The notes under the pieces were generated by a model. The model did not search any database. It was not told the origin of the DNA and saw only the letters and a program-made list of their open reading frames with translations. This document shows positions 62,514 through 64,000 of a stretch of DNA of 64,000 nucleotides, piece by piece. The translations under genes were made by a program, and so were the position numbers. Within the stretch, counting starts at the first letter, position 1. Each line of letters begins with the position of its first letter. This stretch comes from Epiperipatus broadwayi (lineage: Eukaryota; Animalia; Onychophora): the NCBI GenBank assembly GCA_028023455.1, contig JAQFVV010000003.1, positions 22,444,001 through 22,508,000 of the forward strand, in the 5' to 3' direction.

Positions 62514-64000
62514 AATAGAACAAAATGATGACAACAAGTATGAGTCATACTTATTGCTTTATATATATAATAACTGAATGATTTTATTGCTCGGAGAATT
62601 CATAAGAACTTCAAGCACCAGAAAATGACAGATTTAAATACAATCATAGATCATATTATCGAAGTCTACCAATCTATCACTACATCAAATTAGACTTTTT
62701 TCCTACATTCTGGGCTTGAGCTTCACTACTTTGCCATCATTCCTTTTTAACTCATCTTACATTCTTAATTTAGATTCTATTATGAGATTTCCTATACATT
62801 TTTTTTCTCTTTAATCTTCATATTTTAGCATCATCCATTCCAAAAAAAAAAACAAGCAAATCTAACAATGAGCTTGCTCATAGAAATCTGACACCCCCCC
62901 CCCAATAGTGATGGTAATCCAGTCTAAAAAAATGTAACTATAGGTTCAATGCTTGTAGAAGTCTGACAATTCTCTCTTTCAACAATGGTGAAGACTGCAC
63001 CATATTATAGTCACATTTTTTTTTTTTTTATGATAGTACATAGAAACACATATGACCAAGTCATATTAACCTGAGACCTTTACCTACTAACTGATGAAGC
63101 TAGATTAACTATGGGTTTGTTAGATGATATATTTCAAGGGGCAAAAAATCATAATCCTGCTTGTAACCTGAAAAAAAAAAAGTCCAAGGTTCACTTGATT
63201 TGAACATTAGATTATGGTCAAGGCATGTAAATGCATTGATCACTATGCTGTAAAGTTTTATTTATTCCTTTCTAAATTAAAAGCTAAATTCTCTGTTCAT
63301 AGTTAAATGAAATAATTAGATAACAGCACACACTAAGGCCTTTGATTAGTGTTACAATCTCTTAATATGAATTATTCTAATATCTCAATATTAGAGCCAC
63401 ATCATAGTACTTCAATGAGCTTCAATAAGTTTTAGATGGTCCCCAGTGAATGATTTTCTACTGATCACTGTTATCTACCAATCATATTTACTTCTGCAAG
63501 AAAAACACTTATCATTGCAAGATCCTCTCACTTATATTTCTATCACTAATAGTATGCAATGGTTTATCATAAATTGTCATTCTAACTCCCCTTTCCTCAA
63601 CACCCTCACACTCTCATTATCTACAAGGTAAAGTAAACTGGACAAGTTCTGTGAATCTATTATTATTTAATAGCAGCAAAAGAAAAGTCTTGAATAAATT
63701 TAAATTTTCAATTATTAATTTAAAACCTCACATTTTCACCTCCATAAATCAATGGTGTAAAACATCAGAAAAATGCAAATCATTATTTGTTTATGAAAAT
63801 AAGTTAGATTGTAATTTTTAAAAAATATATTTATGTAAAGAAGTGAATAAGAAAGAATTAAAAATATATGTCTTTCAAAATATAAATTTTGGATTAAATG
63901 ATATATTTAAATCAATAATAATTAAATGTTATCAATTAAACATATCAATCTAGTATCTAATTATCTTAACCTGTCTTTAATAAGTATGCATACAACTTTC

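Noticed and set aside
63085-63125. CUAA-CUGAUGAA-GCUAG..UUAG hammerhead-like start
   Set aside because: No GAAA or helix III; too degenerate to call.
1651-63631. Most ORFs in the supplied six-frame track as genes
   Set aside because: They are short, low-complexity AT-rich frames, antisense shadows of TE ORFs, or TE fragments already accounted for.

Overview
Very AT-rich eukaryotic DNA (roughly 25-30% GC by eye), probably from an invertebrate animal, dominated by decayed transposons. It holds two Ty3/gypsy remnants, at least five Penelope-like element (PLE; RT + GIY-YIG) loci, a near-full-length but broken L1/Tx1-type ORF2 with a poly-A tail, and two hAT derivatives, one with perfect 8-bp TSDs. 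It also holds a pogo/Tigger remnant, a TA-type MITE, a GG-ended 8-bp-TSD element with a 200-nt fold-back and an internal higher-order tandem array, and a ~90-100 nt tRNA-Gly-like SINE. No intact protein-coding gene is visible, only a few short candidate exons that I cannot assign. The most striking unannotated signal is about 15 type I hammerhead ribozyme (HHR) motifs from several families. One short palindrome carries two opposed hammerheads with essentially intact cores. Several short MITE-looking hairpins appear to be inverted dimers of PLE/retrozyme 3' ends. One PLE terminal repeat carries a tRNA-type Pol III promoter just upstream of its hammerhead. All alignments, folds and coordinates were read by eye, so the boundaries of decayed elements are approximate.
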